Below, piece by piece: positions 4,473-5,432 of a stretch of 5,432 nt of DNA. The DNA is taken from IMG/VR virus record IMGVR_UViG_3300029561_000108, positions 1 to 5,432 of that record; one strand, written 5' to 3'. The stretch's first letter is position 1. The number at the start of each line of letters is the position of its first letter. Both the position numbers and the translations under genes were made by a program. The notes under the pieces were generated by a model. The model was given only the letters and a program-made list of their open reading frames with translations. It was not told where the DNA came from and ran no database searches. This DNA comes from a virus.

Positions 4473-5432
4473 TCAGAATAAAGATATATCATCAAACCCA
4501 TCTTCACTAAAGGGAGAAGGGTCATCAGCTACTTCGCGGAATTCCTCAACGGCAATGCGCGAAGATTCCGAGAATTGTGCGACTTCCTGCGTCAGTGCCA
4601 GAGGGGAGAACGGAAGGCGCTCATTATAGAACTGCTCCCACTTGCAACAAGCGAGGAAAAGAAGCTCAGGACGATAAAGCAGAATATCAATAATCCGGTG
4701 GCCGAAGACATTCGCAACATAGGACATTTTTTGTTCCTCGGTATGGATAGAAACAGAAAACTTTTGGGCAAGGTCATCACTAAGGGGATGCAATAAGTCC
4801 TTAGTGAACAGAATATTACGCGCTTCGAGGTCTGTCACGAATTCCATGTCATCCCAGCCATCAGGGAGAAGAGTTTCATTCCCGTACCGATTCCACACTT
4901 TACGGAGATAGGCGAAGAGCTTGTCATGGTCTTCGTAGTAAAACCAGAAAAGTGGAGACGGGTCATAGACGGAACGAGAACCAGAACGTACACGAGAAGT
5001 ATATTTCAATTCCATCTCGTAACGAATAATATAGGAATCATCAGGGCAGTCCAGAAACTCACCAGAAGACACACAGAGCTTTTTTTCAGGGTCTTGTAAG
5101 GACTTATTATAGATACGACAAAAGACCGCAGAAGACGTTCTACGACCAATATAGACGGTAGTAGAATCGCCATAGCCCTGATACATGAACTTGCGAACCT
5201 TACGGGCTTTTTCAGGGTAATTCATTTCATCGACAGAAGCAGAAATAACACCCAAATAGAACTCGCGCCACCGTTCTTTTGTCATAACAACATCGAAACA
5301 AAAATCAAGACGGGAAAAGTGACCGAATTCGTGACCTACCTGCATCAGTGACGCGAGACGGGGCAAGGTAGAGCGGAAAAGCTCACAACCATAACCAGAC
5401 ACTTGTAAAGAGTGCGGAGACTGTTTCGCGCC
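4473..5432 (-). CDS. Rolling-circle replication initiator (Rep_trans-like), main body; the N-terminus continues at 1-273 across the junction
   Basis: The frame is open to the window edge. The track start at 5402 is an internal GTG. The motifs FSRLDFCFDV and TTVYIGRRTSSAVFCRIYNK resemble the RxDxaxD and YiGsr...RiYdK blocks of the Rep_trans (pT181 RepC / phage Cri) family as I recall them. It ends with tandem stops TGA TGA. Confidence 0.8.
   Translation of the reverse strand, partial: GAKQSPHSLQVSGYGCELFRSTLPRLASLMQVGHEFGHFSRLDFCFDVVMTKERWREFYLGVISASVDEMNYPEKARKVRKFMYQGYGDSTTVYIGRRTSSAVFCRIYNKSLQDPEKKLCVSSGEFLDCPDDSYIIRYEMELKYTSRVRSGSRSVYDPSPLFWFYYEDHDKLFAYLRKVWNRYGNETLLPDGWDDMEFVTDLEARNILFTKDLLHPLSDDLAQKFSVSIHTEEQKMSYVANVFGHRIIDILLYRPELLFLACCKWEQFYNERLPFSPLALTQEVAQFSESSRIAVEEFREVADDPSPFSEDGFDDISLF
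5337..5432. repeat. Terminal redundancy, copy B (identical to 1-96)
   Basis: Exact 96-nt match to the window start. The offset of 5336 gives the unit genome length. Confidence 0.97.

Noticed and set aside
1586-4796. Plus-strand ORFs antisense to the operon (1586-1870, 2150-2572, 2659-2877, 2715-2948, 3009-3206, 3227-3445, 4185-4481, 4575-4796)
   Set aside because: All are mirror images of well-supported minus-strand genes. They lack SD sequences and give Arg/Lys/Glu-rich low-complexity products caused by the purine-rich plus strand.
2117-5037. Extra copies of the operator half-site (ATAGGAA at 2117-2123, 4179-4185 and 5031-5037)
   Set aside because: This is a 7-mer made of the bases that dominate the plus strand. 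The copies at 2117 and 5031 lie inside coding sequence, and none has a partner half-site. Only the 4179 copy, upstream of the tRNA, might deserve a look.

Overview
This window is a complete, circularly permuted genome of about 5,336 bp. Bases 1-96 recur exactly at 5337-5432, which looks like assembly-type terminal redundancy, and the replication-initiator ORF reads across that junction.

Gene content identifies a very small filamentous ssDNA phage (inovirus-like). The minus strand carries, in order:
- a Rep_trans-like rolling-circle initiator
- an 80-aa gene-V-like ssDNA-binding protein
- a full-length tRNA-Gln(CUG)
- a 390-aa Ser-rich pIII-like protein with a signal peptide and a C-terminal anchor
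- translationally coupled small hydrophobic proteins of 43 and 54 aa, a 204-aa tail-anchored protein, then a coupled 37-aa hydrophobic protein
- a 42-aa Pf3-type major-coat candidate followed by a hairpin terminator
- a 204-aa Zot/pI-type assembly ATPase

A 78-aa orphan ORF is transcribed divergently on the plus strand from a near-consensus promoter. Between the two divergent promoters lie a GC-rich hairpin island (putative origin or packaging signal) and phased operator-like repeats. I see no integrase, secretin or helix-turn-helix (HTH) repressor.

The most unusual points are the intact tRNA gene inside such a minimal phage operon, the phased repeat array over the divergent promoter, an SSB-tail-like C-terminus on Rep, and a Zot ATPase with an N-terminal rather than C-terminal membrane anchor. 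All family assignments come from motif recognition by eye; no database search was possible.
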